Positions 11,224 to 22,255 of a stretch of 64,000 bases of DNA are shown here, piece by piece. Origin of the DNA: Rhynchopus sp. YZ270_cl-10 (Eukaryota). The stretch spans positions 1,674,001 through 1,738,000 of the forward strand of contig OZ037836.1 in assembly GCA_964035575.1 (NCBI GenBank), written 5' to 3'. Within the stretch, counting starts at the first letter, position 1. Each line of letters opens with the position of its first letter. A model generated the notes under the pieces. The model was given only the letters and a program-made list of their open reading frames with translations. It was not told the origin of the DNA and ran no database searches. Both the position numbers and the translations under genes were made by a program.

Positions 11224-13858
11224 CAGTGTTCCTAACCCTAGTTTTAAACGAAACGTTTTAAACGTTTTAAACTCTAAACGTTTTAAACTGTTTTAAACGT
11301 TTTAAACTCGAATAAAAAACGGTGGTGAATTTTGGCTTTTCAGGCAAAAAAAAAAATTTTTTTTTTTTTTTTCAGGCAAAAAAAAAATGTCTTTGCGAAA
11401 AAAATGTGGTATTTTCCTCTTTGCTGAACTTTTCAGTGGCAGCAGGCACGGTGTAATTAGGTGTAGTAGGTGTAAATTATGCGCATGCATGTTAATGCTG
11501 CGGTGTAGCCAACCCCCCACCCCCCTTAGTCAGACACATCTTCTATCTTCAGGCAAGAGTGCACTGCTGACAGCATCTGGAGCTTCTCTGCTGACAGACG
11601 GCACCTTCTGCCCCCCGAGAGCCAGCCCATCGAGCTGAACGTACGCTCCACCTCCGCCGTCGAGGGCCGGATCGCCACGATGGGGATGGCGATGCGCGCC
11701 AGCGTACACCCCTTCTTCGCAAGCACAGTCCACCACTCCTCCGGCGTCACCTTCCCCGCAATCTTCCAGAAGCTCTCCTTCGAGAAGAACTCCAGCTTGT
11801 TGGAGAGGAGGAGGAGGTCGGAGCTTTCCCCGCCGCACGCCTTCACGTACCGTTCGGCGGCTTCCTCAACTTCCGCAGGGGGGGAGTAGCCCTCGAAGAA
11901 GGCCTTCGCATCGCCAGCACCCTCCCGGGAATACTCCACGGGGGTCATCACGGTGGCGGCACACAGCCAGTCCTGTGACTCGTACTTCTCCCTCCGCCCA
12001 GCCGCCTTCTGCGCCCAGTCTCGCATCTTCTTCCGGTCTCCTGCAGGCACCGTTCCCTTCGCAGCGCAGGCAATGATCTTCTTCTCAACGGCAGAAAAGA
12101 TAGGGATGATCATGCCTGCCCTGCCCTTGTTCCCCTGCAGGAGGTTTATCGCCACAGAGACGAAGGCCATAGCCTCGAGTACGACCGCGAAGGTGTCCCA
12201 CTTATCCAGCAGCTCCTTGAGGGAGGGGCACTGCGCCGCAATTGTGTTGTCGTCATTCATGAGGATGAGCGACGTCTTGGCTTCACACATCACTTTCCAG
12301 CACTCATGCGAGCTGGTCCAGCGGGTGAGGGTGGGGCGTGGGGGCTTCTTTGCCTGAGGGCGGCCATTCTGGACCTGGAGCTCAGCAAACTTCTTCCCGA
12401 GAGCCTCGACATTGCGAATGGAGGAGGTGGTGGTGCTCAACAGATCTACCAGCCAAGCGAAGGCGTTCTTCACTTCCTTCCCCGCGCTCTTCCTCACCCC
12501 GAAGGCATCATTCAGGACACGGTTCAGGGTGTGAGTAGAACAAATGAGAAGCACGCACTTATGCTCGTTCTCCCCCCTGGCTTCATTGATTTCGGTAGCA
12601 AAAACCTTGCACCCTGCAGCTGTAGTGGTGTCCCCATCACACACTAGCCCACTCAACTTATCTTTTTCTGGCATCTCATGCAGGTGCGTACGGATCTCCT
12701 CCGCATTGTGCGAGTCCTCCTCCAAAACTTTTGTGCTTACAGGGCGGGCATCCGCACCATCTCCGGAGGCGACAAGGGTGAACACCTTCTCGTCGTTGTG
12801 CGCCTTCCAGCCATCAACGTATACCGAGATGTGCAGGCTCTGTGCTAGGGCTGCTCTCACAGGAACCATGACCCTGTCATACTCAGCCTTAAGTACCCTG
12901 TTGCCCATCTGGTACCCGCTGGGAATTTTTGCCACATCAAATGCTGGCACCAAGCGCTTGATCAGCCTCTGCAGGTATATTGACTCTGCAGTGCTGAACG
13001 AGAGGCCGTGCGCAAAAAAGAGGCGACCAAGGTCAGCTTCGATGTTTGCGTAGTCCTCGTCAGTCAGAGCTGACGGATCACCCCGCTTGCGCTTCGCGCG
13101 TCGCGCCTGAGTTTGGGGAGTCTGCTCCGAAGATTGTGACGATGCCACTGGGGGAGACTGTGTCTGGGACACGGGTGGCTGTGAGGATGGCAACACCTCA
13201 GGGGATTCCGCCTGACCTGGGGGGGGAAGAAGCACCGGGGGAGCCTGGTCCGGGGGAGTCTCCTGCGAAGATGCTTGCGGCGCCCCATCATCCTCATCAT
13301 CCTCCACGCCCTTGGCCTTCCGCACGATCGCTGCAGGGGCGTCGCTGCACTGGCTCAGGTGTTTGCGCATACGTGTTCCTGTTGCGCTCAGCACACACTC
13401 GCCGCAGTGGTTGCACTTAGCATCCTTTTCGGAGCTGAAGTGTGCACGCGACCAGCATGGCGGGCGACCCATAATTGTCTTGTGTATGTCTGTTCGTGTT
13501 GGGTGAACATACTGTACAAAAAAATGCAGTCCTGGGAAAATTTAAGACGGGGGTCTATCGGAAGGTTTTCGCGCATTCATTAGGGTACCGTACAGGAAAC
13601 AAGTTGCCATAGCAGGAGAAACGAAGAAAAACCAGGCTAAATTGACCATAGATACACCAAAACTATGATTTTTGATACAGAAAAAAAAAAATTCGAAAAA
13701 TCCCCCCACTTTTTTTACGTTTTTTTGTGCAGAACTGCCACCCGTTTTTTATTCGAGTTTAAAACGTTTAAAACGTTTAAAACGTTTAAAACGCGTTTTA
13801 AATAATTTAAAACGTTTAAAACGTTTTAAACGTTTTAAACGCAAAATTAGGAACACTG
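11224..13858 (-). mobile_element. Full-length, probably autonomous hAT DNA transposon
   Basis: TIR cagtgttcctaa / ttaggaacactg. Subterminal aaacgtttt repeat arrays at both ends. Flanked on both sides by poly-C, consistent with an all-C TSD. Contains an intact transposase ORF. Confidence 0.95.
11526..13472 (-). CDS. hAT transposase (BED zinc finger, DDE core, C-terminal dimerisation domain)
   Basis: 648 aa. BED finger W...HF..C.HC...RMRKHL..C; VYVDGW and LVCDG (catalytic Asp candidates); CSTH (CxxH); TRW; WW...LARIA...PSTAEVERTFSSMG (catalytic Glu region). Confidence 0.95.
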   Translation of the reverse strand: MGRPPCWSRAHFSSEKDAKCNHCGECVLSATGTRMRKHLSQCSDAPAAIVRKAKGVEDDEDDGAPQASSQETPPDQAPPVLLPPPGQAESPEVLPSSQPPVSQTQSPPVASSQSSEQTPQTQARRAKRKRGDPSALTDEDYANIEADLGRLFFAHGLSFSTAESIYLQRLIKRLVPAFDVAKIPSGYQMGNRVLKAEYDRVMVPVRAALAQSLHISVYVDGWKAHNDEKVFTLVASGDGADARPVSTKVLEEDSHNAEEIRTHLHEMPEKDKLSGLVCDGDTTTAAGCKVFATEINEARGENEHKCVLLICSTHTLNRVLNDAFGVRKSAGKEVKNAFAWLVDLLSTTTSSIRNVEALGKKFAELQVQNGRPQAKKPPRPTLTRWTSSHECWKVMCEAKTSLILMNDDNTIAAQCPSLKELLDKWDTFAVVLEAMAFVSVAINLLQGNKGRAGMIIPIFSAVEKKIIACAAKGTVPAGDRKKMRDWAQKAAGRREKYESQDWLCAATVMTPVEYSREGAGDAKAFFEGYSPPAEVEEAAERYVKACGGESSDLLLLSNKLEFFSKESFWKIAGKVTPEEWWTVLAKKGCTLARIAIPIVAIRPSTAEVERTFSSMGWLSGGRRCRLSAEKLQMLSAVHSCLKIEDVSD

Positions 13859-14229
13859 CCCCCCCCCCCCCCCCCCCCGAAGGTAGCTATGAGCTATGCT
13901 CACCCAGAGCTAGAAAAAGTTCTGTTTTTCCGTTTACCCGGTTTTTGTTTTTTGTTTTTTTTGTTTTGTTTTTGCGAACCGACGTGTCTCTCGCGCTTTG
14001 AGACACTCAAATACACATAACATGCCCCCTTTTTCCCCTCTTTCCCCCACCTTCTTTTTGCTGTACTCGTTATTGAGGCGGGATAGTGCACGTAGTCAAA
14101 TACACACCCTGCCCCCCTCAAAACCTGCAAAGCTTCCCTGTATTTCAAGACATAATGTTCTTAGTCACTATGGTATCTTTCCCACCCCCTCTTCCATGCA
14201 CCTACATCACACAGGCCCAAAAAAAAATA

Positions 14230-14323
14230 CCCTGTGTTCGCAATGATCCCCTTTCATCTGAGTGCAAGCGGGTGGGTAGCACAGATAAGATGTAAACCAC
14301 GAAATGGATGTAGGACTGCATGG
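14230..14323 (+). repeat. Dispersed ~94-bp repeat; second copy at about 30840-30933
   Basis: Both copies run from ccctgtgttcgcaatgatcccctttcatctgagtgcaagcggg to gatgtaaaccacgaaatggatgtaggactgcatgg. Confidence 0.85.
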
Positions 14324-15213
14324 TTTTGGGGGGCAGATACATTGGTCGTTGTACCAAAAGGTACATTGACCGCTCCACTGTTCACGAGCGGGCTGTTGTA
14401 TTTTATCAAGTTTTTTTTTCCCCCCTTGCTCTTCTTCCATATTTCATATCTGTTGATTTCATGCCACCACCACACTAAGATAGGACTTTGCCTATCCAGA
14501 TCACACTAGCACTCATGAAAAATAAAAGAAAAACGGCGTCTGGGAGTGAGGGAATATTGTTAAGATGCTGTGCGATAGCGAATATGATAAGGTGACTAAG
14601 CACAGAGAGGCCTAGGTTCATCTTATCAACTTTTCTTTGTAAGCGACCAACAAAACAGCTTTATTGCACCTCCCGTCTCCCCTCGTGGTTTGTTTTTTTT
14701 TTTTTGTCTTTTGTGAGCAACAACCAAAGTCCAAAGATCCACAAAAAGTCTCTCGAGCATATTTTTTATTTGCTTTTGTTGCTACTGCTCGACAGTGCAC
14801 CACTTAGGGTGTTACTCCACATTAAGTAGTGCCGGTGTGGGGCTGAAGTCGCTGAGACGGACAGACTCGTGATGTAGGACACTGGAGTACCGAAGTCCAT
14901 CTCTTTGGTGGGGTGTCTTTTATCGATAGTAAAAAAAAAAGGTAAAGTGGAGCTCATTCTCAAGGTGTATACCATAATCAACCAAAGCTTTTCAAAAACA
15001 AACAAAAAAACAACAAAAAAAAAATTGTAAGTCCCCTATTTCATATTAGCTGCTCTAACGGGGTTGAGAACGAACTTACTCCGTACCATAAAAAGTTCTT
15101 TCAACATTGAGTACAGAAGACTCGAGTTAAGTCACCTAAGATAGACGGATTTTGTTGACTGAAGAAAAATAATTTAGAAAACAAAAAAAGCAAAAAAAAA
15201 AAAAGAGCAATAA

Positions 15214-16033
15214 CAGGGTTCTATACAGCATTCCGCCCACGAGGGGCTGGCTCGGTCAGAATCGGTTTGACTCGGTCAGCCCAAAAAAAAAATTTCCCCC
15301 CTCCACAGGGAATTATATAGGTTTTGGGGTTTTTCGCTGAAACTCGGTCGAGCCCGGGTCCCCAACCTAGCTCAAGTTGGGGGCCTCCGGCGGAATGTGA
15401 GAATTCCTCGGTTATCCAACTGCGGAGTTCGGCACTTCATTGAAGCAATTCGTGCACCAGGCACAAGTGGTACACGAATTGTCTGTAGCCTCAGTACATT
15501 TATAACAAAGAAAGGGCGGTCACGGCACCCAAAGCGAAGCCACGGTACGCAACATTTCTAAAAAAAAGTTGACACAAAACGGCACTGTCGCTGGTAATTG
15601 TGGTCAGCTTCCGTAATTTTACTCCCCTGTTTTTCTAAAACGAAAGTTTCTGGCGAAGCCACGGTACGCAACATTTCTAAAAATTGCGCTTAAAATTGCA
15701 CATTTTTACTGCAAAAGTATATCATGGGAAGGGTGGGTTGCAATCTTGCGCCGCAGGCGCACGGTACGCTACTTTTATTATTTCGCCATGCTGCATGCTT
15801 CCTTTTCCTTCGGCGTTTGACCAATTGAGTCGCGTTCTGGCTGTGACGGGGTCACTTTGTTCATGAGGCCATTTCTGGTCACTCTCAGAGGCTCGTGGGA
15901 GGTACCAAAATTTCCACCCCAAGATTTGGAAAAAAAATCTGAGATTTATAAAAAAAAAAAAAAAAAACGGCTGACCGAGTCAACGTCTGACTCGGTCAGA
16001 CCGACCGAGTGACCGGGCCTATATAGAACCCTG
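15214..16033. mobile_element. hAT-like MITE with 12-bp TIR and 6-bp TSD
   Basis: TIR cagggttctata / tatagaaccctg. Direct repeat caataa at 15208-15213 and 16034-16039. Subterminal ctcggtcag / ctgaccgag motifs. Confidence 0.8.
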
Positions 16034-18566
16034 CAATAAAACGTGTGAAATTGAAATTTCGTGAAATCTGCGAGGTGTTAAAAAGCTCTGGCCAGTATAT
16101 ACCGTTCTGCAGTAACAAAGGCCCATTTGACCACGGGTTGCCTACGATCGTAGTACGATCTCTTACGATTGTAGCTCTTTTTTTTGATCGCACTACGATC
16201 GTACTACGATCAAGGTACGATCAAATTGACGCCAAGAGCGCTATCCAACGTGAGAGGGTAAAGTGGTTGCTGTTAAAGTTTAAAAAAAAAATTGGGAACG
16301 GTCGGCTCGAGGCCAAGCGTTCCCAACAGCGTTCCAACATGATGACGTTCCTACATTTCTTATGTTGCAAGGATTTTACGTTCCAACATTTTTCCATTCA
16401 CGGGTATTGCGTTGGGTTCTGATATTGTATGTACCACGCGAGTCATCTTCTTTCAGTGGCAGCGTACAACTAACAAGCCCTCCCTGTTTCGTTTCCCGTT
16501 TTTCTCCTGTGTGTGGAGATAGCTTTTGACACGTGTAGTACTTTTCTCTGATATTGTATTGCACCACTGTGTCATATTCTTTTAAGTCTTTCTTTTCTTC
16601 TCCCTCACCGTGCCTCTTCTCACTTCGCTTCCTCGAACACCCTCCCCTCTCCAACTCCACCGTGGCCTTGTTACACTGTAACAAAAAGCAAAATGAAATA
16701 TATACCAAGCTGTTTGATTGCTACATCCTGTAGCACGCTCGAGCTTTGTGACGCAGCGCGAAGCACACTGTTCTCCTGTGCTCGCCCACCCTGCCCCCCC
16801 TTGAGGCCCCCCCTCACACCCATGGGTTATATATCCCTATTGCCTAGGGATAGCGCATACCTGTTCTCAAATACATCCCACCCCCCCACCCAATCCACCA
16901 AGCCTTTCTCTTCCGTTCGTTCCTTAGCAAAGGATGGGATGGCGCTTTTTTCGACTATCACGTAATTTTTCCTTCTCCCTCCCTCAATCTCTCTCTCTTC
17001 CAGTGTTTCTCCTCCCTCCCCCCTGAACTTATTATTGTTGGGTTGATGGACGCAAAATGAGCAAGGCATCTTTCTTACAGTGGTGTACTGTGCTGTAATA
17101 AAAAAAGCTATTGAAAAAAAATATCGTGGAGCACACTCTAGGGTGGCTACACTAATACAACCAAGTTTTCAAAAAAAAAAAAAAAAACGTGGAGCTTCCA
17201 GGACCGTACATTGCTCTGTTCCCCAAAAAGGAATGGTAAAAAAGTTTTCAAAAAAAACGTAATCTGCGTGTTTTTTTCGCTACACCGTGCCCCGGTAAGT
17301 GTAGGGTATTACCAGGTTTAAAAATTCGGTGATACCCAGGTCATGACCCCGGGCCTCGTGTACAGAGAGGGTTACAGGATACCGTACGTTAGCACTATAC
17401 TATCCTGATCGTAAAAAAGGTCAAGCTCCTCTAATAACCCGGAACAGGTCAAATATTTTTGGATACCGTATATTAGCACTATACTATACTATACTGATCG
17501 TAAAAAAGTGGTAGGGGTCCGTTTTCGATGCATGCACCCCTATCCGAGATAGGTGATACAATACATCGTTTTTCTGATCGTAAAAAAGGTCAAGCTCCCC
17601 TAATAACCCGGAACAGGTCAAATATTTTTGCAACTGACACGCTGAAGAGGCCCTGGCCAATCATGGCATGTTAGTGGAAGCGTGCAATGCAACAAACGAG
17701 ATCTGATCAAAAGCGAGACGGAGATGTTTTTACAGTCACTAGATGGTACAGGTCAGGTAGCTGCCTGCGTATTGCAGAATGCGTTGTGTTGTATATTTTG
17801 ATCCTGTAAAACATGGTATACATAAGATCTTAACTAAGATATGGAAGAAAAACCCCTGTTTTTTAAGATCTTAGGGTTTCTCCCCCAAAAATTTAAGATC
17901 TTAGGTAATGTGTCAGGTAGCTGCGTATTACACAATGCGTTGTGTTGTGTTGTGTTGTGTTGTGTTGTGTATTTGATCCTGTAAAGGAGAAAACTGATAC
18001 AGGAGCTTTTCTCTGATGGAACACTGTTTGTTTTTCTTCTCCCGCCAATACGCAAAAAATAGTGACAGAAAAAAACCCTAGGTTCCCCAAGCAGGTTCTT
18101 AGGTGATTCGAATCGACACAGCAAAAATAACGTTTTTTTCCCCTCCTTTTTTAAGTTTCTACTTTTTCATTTTTAAAAACGACCGAGAAAAAAAGTTTTG
18201 AGGAAAGAAAAGATTATCGATATCCTATTTTTAGGGGAAGCGTACAACAAACAAACCCCCCTGTTTCGTTTCCCGTTTTTCCTCTGTGTGGGTGCAGATA
18301 GCTATTGACACCTGTAGTATTTCAGGATTGGGTTGAACGCATTCTTAATTGGAACCTGGCGTGCTGTGGAGATGACCTGTGGGTGTGTCGTGTGTGCTTC
18401 TTCTTTTGCAAAATATTTTTTATTCAAAAAAGAGAAGACGACGCTGATGGACAAAAAAAAAAAACTCAATCTTTTGATTGAGATTTGATTGAAATATTAT
18501 GGTAATCATTTTGCAGTATGTCGTAACGAAAGCAAAAAAGCGAACAGAGGTTTTTTTCTCTCGATA

Positions 18567-19163
18567 CAGTGTTTTTTCTAGGATTTGGGTTTTTCATTTC
18601 GAGGGGGGCGGTAAAAAAAAAAAAAAATTCCCCAGAAAAAGTGGTTTTTCAGAGATTTTTGGGTGTATTCCGAGCTTTCTCGACGAGGCCTCAGTCTCAT
18701 CAGAATATCATGGTGTGTGTGTATGTAGCGTACTTTATCAAGACATAGGAGGAGGATCGTTGCTGGGATCGTTGCTCAGATCGTTGCTCTCCTGTGGGCG
18801 ACGCTGACGTGGTGTCGCTCTGCTTTCTCGTCCAGCCTCTGCACGTTGTCTATTGGGCTTGATACCCACTCTCCAGTGTTGTAGTGTCGGCGGCAGAGGG
18901 TACAATAGTACCCGTCTGCGTTGGCTTCTAGCCAGCAGTACTTGCTGACTGCTACCAAAAAACGCCTGTCCTGGGCGTAGACGGACGGCGCAGTGGTCGG
19001 AGTGAGCGGCATGGTGTTTGAAAATGTCCCACTGATCTTTAAACCCACAGTAATCCAAAAAATAAAATCCAAAATACCGCCCCCCTCGAGGGGGGCGGTA
19101 TTTCCCCAAAAAAATCCCAGGGGTGTAAAGTGCCCCCCTCCAACCCCCTTAGAAAAAACACTG
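18567..19163 (-). mobile_element. Internally deleted hAT-like element with 14-bp TIR and 5-bp TSD
   Basis: TIR cagtgttttttcta / tagaaaaaacactg. Direct repeat cgata at 18562-18566 and 19164-19168. Retains a zinc-finger transposase fragment. Confidence 0.85.
18776..19012 (-). pseudogene. Truncated transposase N-terminus: TTF-type zinc finger (78 aa)
   Basis: MPLTPT...KYCWLEANADGYYCTLCRRHYNTGEW...AERHHVSVAH fits the WL...C..C...W...H..S..H pattern of ZnF_TTF domains in hAT-derived proteins. Stop follows soon after. Confidence 0.7.
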
Positions 19164-19216
19164 CGATAAAACAACTTGTTTGTCAATTCTAAAAAGATTG
19201 GAGGCAAGCGCTGCAG

Positions 19217-19249
<33 letters not shown>

Positions 19250-19616
19250 GGATTGAAAAAGACAGAAGTTTGCTTCTTTGAGTACTCAAATTAACCACAA
19301 CAACCGTACTTCAGTTTAACACATTTTTTTTCCCCACTTTTTTTGTTTTCCGGCTTTGAGCGCACAAACAAAAGACCCGATCTTTTTTTTTTTAATGTCC
19401 TCTTTTTGATGTGTGTTGCATGAAACGGAAGAAAAAAAATGGAAAAAAAAATATTTTATCCCGTGTTTTCCCCTTCCACCACCTCTTCGATACTAAACGT
19501 TACGCACACCGTTTTGGTGAAAATATGGTTACTCATTCGAGTAAAGTACAAGACAAAAACAGAACCCTTTTTTTTTTTCTCACTTTTTGTCCCCCCTTTT
19601 TTTTAAAACTTTTCTT

Positions 19617-20009
19617 AGGGGAGCCTATACCGGTAATTTTGGCTCCTTTTGATTTTAAATTGAAATTTCTAAGTCTTTTTTGACCTACGACCCCGGCAAT
19701 GCATTTTTTGGGACTCTGTGGACTCAAATGAGCAAAAATTTAAATAAAATGCTGCCCGTTGGCACATTTAAACGCACATTTTGTTGAAAATTGTCATTTT
19801 ACACTGGATTTGCCTTTGCCATTTTCAGTTTTTTTGCAGATTTTTTTCAAAAAAAAATTGAAGAAAAAAGGCTCAAAAGTGCCTGAAACCCGGCGGAAAG
19901 TGATTTTTGGTGAGGTATATAGGGTAGTCATCTATTTTTGGGTTTTTTTGCCGAAAGGCGCCAAATTTTCCGAGCCAAATGAAGGAATAGCCGGTGCATA
20001 GGCTCCCCT
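19617..20009. mobile_element. MITE, Mutator-like reading (9-bp TSD)
   Basis: Ends aggggagcctat / ataggctcccct. Direct repeat acttttctt at 19608-19616 and 20010-20018; alternatively TAGGG ends with a 7-bp TSD. A similar unoccupied flank occurs at about 7590-7640. Confidence 0.75.
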
Positions 20010-20953
20010 ACTTTTCTTACAAATTACCTTCCACCAGACTTCATCTTTACCACAAGGGCGGCCTTAGAACCCGTAACCTACAAATAAGGAGCCACCCTTG
20101 CGACAGGAAAGAAGTACCCCGAGTGTTCTGCACTCGTGTGTAACGTAGCCTGGGAAAAGGGGGATTTTTTTATAAAAGCTGCTCTCAAGGGTTGAGGACG
20201 ACTTGACGTCTATACCTTCTGTAGTACAAAATGGCTTCGGTCAACATTGAGTACAGACCCTAGGTTCCCCAAGCGGGTCCTTAGGCGATTGTTGACACAA
20301 CAAACATTGTGACTGAAGCCCCTGTGATCGTGGTCTAGAAACAGTGGAGATTTGCACAAACTGTGGCAACACAAACCGAGGCAACACCACTCCAACAATT
20401 TATCAAATAAACAAAAAAAGATTTTCTTTTTGATGTGTGTGTACCTATGCACCAGAAGGCCGTCTTTTTTCACGTTCTCTTTCCCTTTGGGTTTGTTTTG
20501 TTTTTGTTTGTTTGTTTGTAGTTTTGCCAATCACTTTTGTCCAAGGATGACTTTTTCTTTTTCTTTTTTCTTCTTTTTTTTTTGCACAGATCCGAGGCAA
20601 CTACGCTATTCCAACAATTTATCAAAGAAAAAAAAGAAAAAGAAAAAGAGTAAACCCCCCTCACAGCTATTGTTTACATATTTTTATGTAAATAGTAGTC
20701 GTGCATGTAAATAGTACATGTAAATAATTTAAATGTAAATATATACATAGCGCTCCAATTAGACTCTAACTAGATAATTAGAGTCGGCAGTTCGAGTATA
20801 ATTAGAGTCTTTAAAACTCTAACTGAACTCTAATACTCTAACTGGACTCTAATTAGAGTCTAATTAGAGTCCTATAAGAGGGTCAATAAAGAGGGGCACA
20901 TCAATCAATGCTATAGCCATCAACCCAGGGGGCATAGCTAGTGCAAGAAATTC

Positions 20954-21848
20954 TGGTGTGGCTGAAGGGGGGTGCTATTTTCTGCTATTTTCTGCTACTT
21001 TCTGCTATTTTCTGCTATTTTCTGCTATTTTGGGGGTCTGGATTTTTTTTATTTTTTGGCCGTGGTTTGGGCTTTTGCTAAAGGGAGGGGAAATGAGGGA
21101 CTCCTGACCCCAGCCAGTCCCCAAAACACCTACCAAAGATGCAGGACAACGTTTTTTTCGAGCAAAAACGCGTAAAAAATAAGAGCAATTTTAGCAAAAA
21201 AAAAAAAATGTATCTTGTCCCGATATAGACCAGGTGCTGTACTGTGTACTGTGTACTGTGTACTGTGTACTGTGTACTGTGTACTGTGTACTGTGTACTG
21301 TGTACTGTGTACTGTGTACTGTGTACTGTGTACTGTGTACTGTGTACTGTGTACTGTGTACTGTGTACTGTGTACTGTGTACTGTGTACTGTGTACTGTG
21401 TACTGTGTACTGTGTACTGTGTACTGTGTACTGTGTACTGTGTACTGTGTACTGTGTACTGTGTACTGTGTACTGTGTACTGTGTACTGTGTACTGTGTA
21501 CTGTGTACTGTGTACTGTGTACTGTGTACTGTGTACTGTGTACTGTGTACTGTGTACTGTGTACTGTGTACTGTGTACTGTGTACTGTGTACTGTGTACT
21601 GTGTACTGTGTACTGTGTACTGTGTACTGTGTACTGTGTACTGTGTACTGTGTACCTTATGATCCGTTTGTGGAGTGGGAGGGGGTTTCCGGGTTTGCGG
21701 GCTGGCCAAGTTTTCTTCCCTCGTCCATCATGAGCCACACCACCACCCAGCCACCAAACCCAAAAAAATCCCCCCTAAAGTGCTATTTTCTGCTATTTTC
21801 TGCGATTTTCTGCTATTTTCTGCTATTTTGGGGTCGTCAGCCACACCA
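20954..21848. mobile_element. TGGTG...CACCA element with 5-bp TSD (copy 1, 895 bp)
   Basis: TIR tggtgtggctga / tcagccacacca. TSD aattc at 20949-20953 and 21849-21853. Empty site gcaagaaattcgactttgg at about 6232-6250. (TGCTATTTTC)n blocks near both ends in the same orientation. Confidence 0.9.
21238..21655 (+). repeat. Pure heptamer microsatellite (TGTACTG)n, about 60 copies
   Basis: Uninterrupted 7-bp periodicity over about 418 bp. Confidence 0.98.
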
Positions 21849-22255
21849 AATTCGACTTTGTAATCCAGAAAGTCTGTTCTCTGCTTGCAGAGAACCAGAC
21901 ACAAGAAAATATTGTTTGTTCCCAGAACACCAGTGCACAATTCACACTCCTTGTGGATGGTCTTGTTGCCTTTTTAGCACAGGAATTTTGGCCCAGGGGC
22001 ATGCACTTGAAGCATGGCTATTAGTCAGTTGACTCCCCAGTAGTGTGTATGGGGCAGTGTTGTTTTGTTATGAATTCTCTTTGGTATTGTCGATCGCGGG
22101 TAGTTGTTCAACGCGAGGCTTGGATCTCTCCTGGGTTCATAAGTAGTATTTCTTCGGCTGAAATGAACGTATGCTCGCTATAGATTTCCCGTCAACACAG
22201 CCTTTGATACTGGGATTACCCCTTCGACCCCTTAGTGGTAGTTAAATTCGATTGA

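Noticed and set aside
14230..14323. HDV-like ribozyme in the CCCTG-starting repeat
   Set aside because: The candidate P1 pairing (ctgtg/cacag) is not conserved in the second copy at about 30840.
17636..17690. Hammerhead-like ctgaaga-ggcc...gaag
   Set aside because: Lacks the GAAA core, and no consistent stems I-III could be built.
21130..22032. ORFs with CTVYCVL / HSTQYTV repeats
   Set aside because: Translation of the (TGTACTG)n microsatellite.
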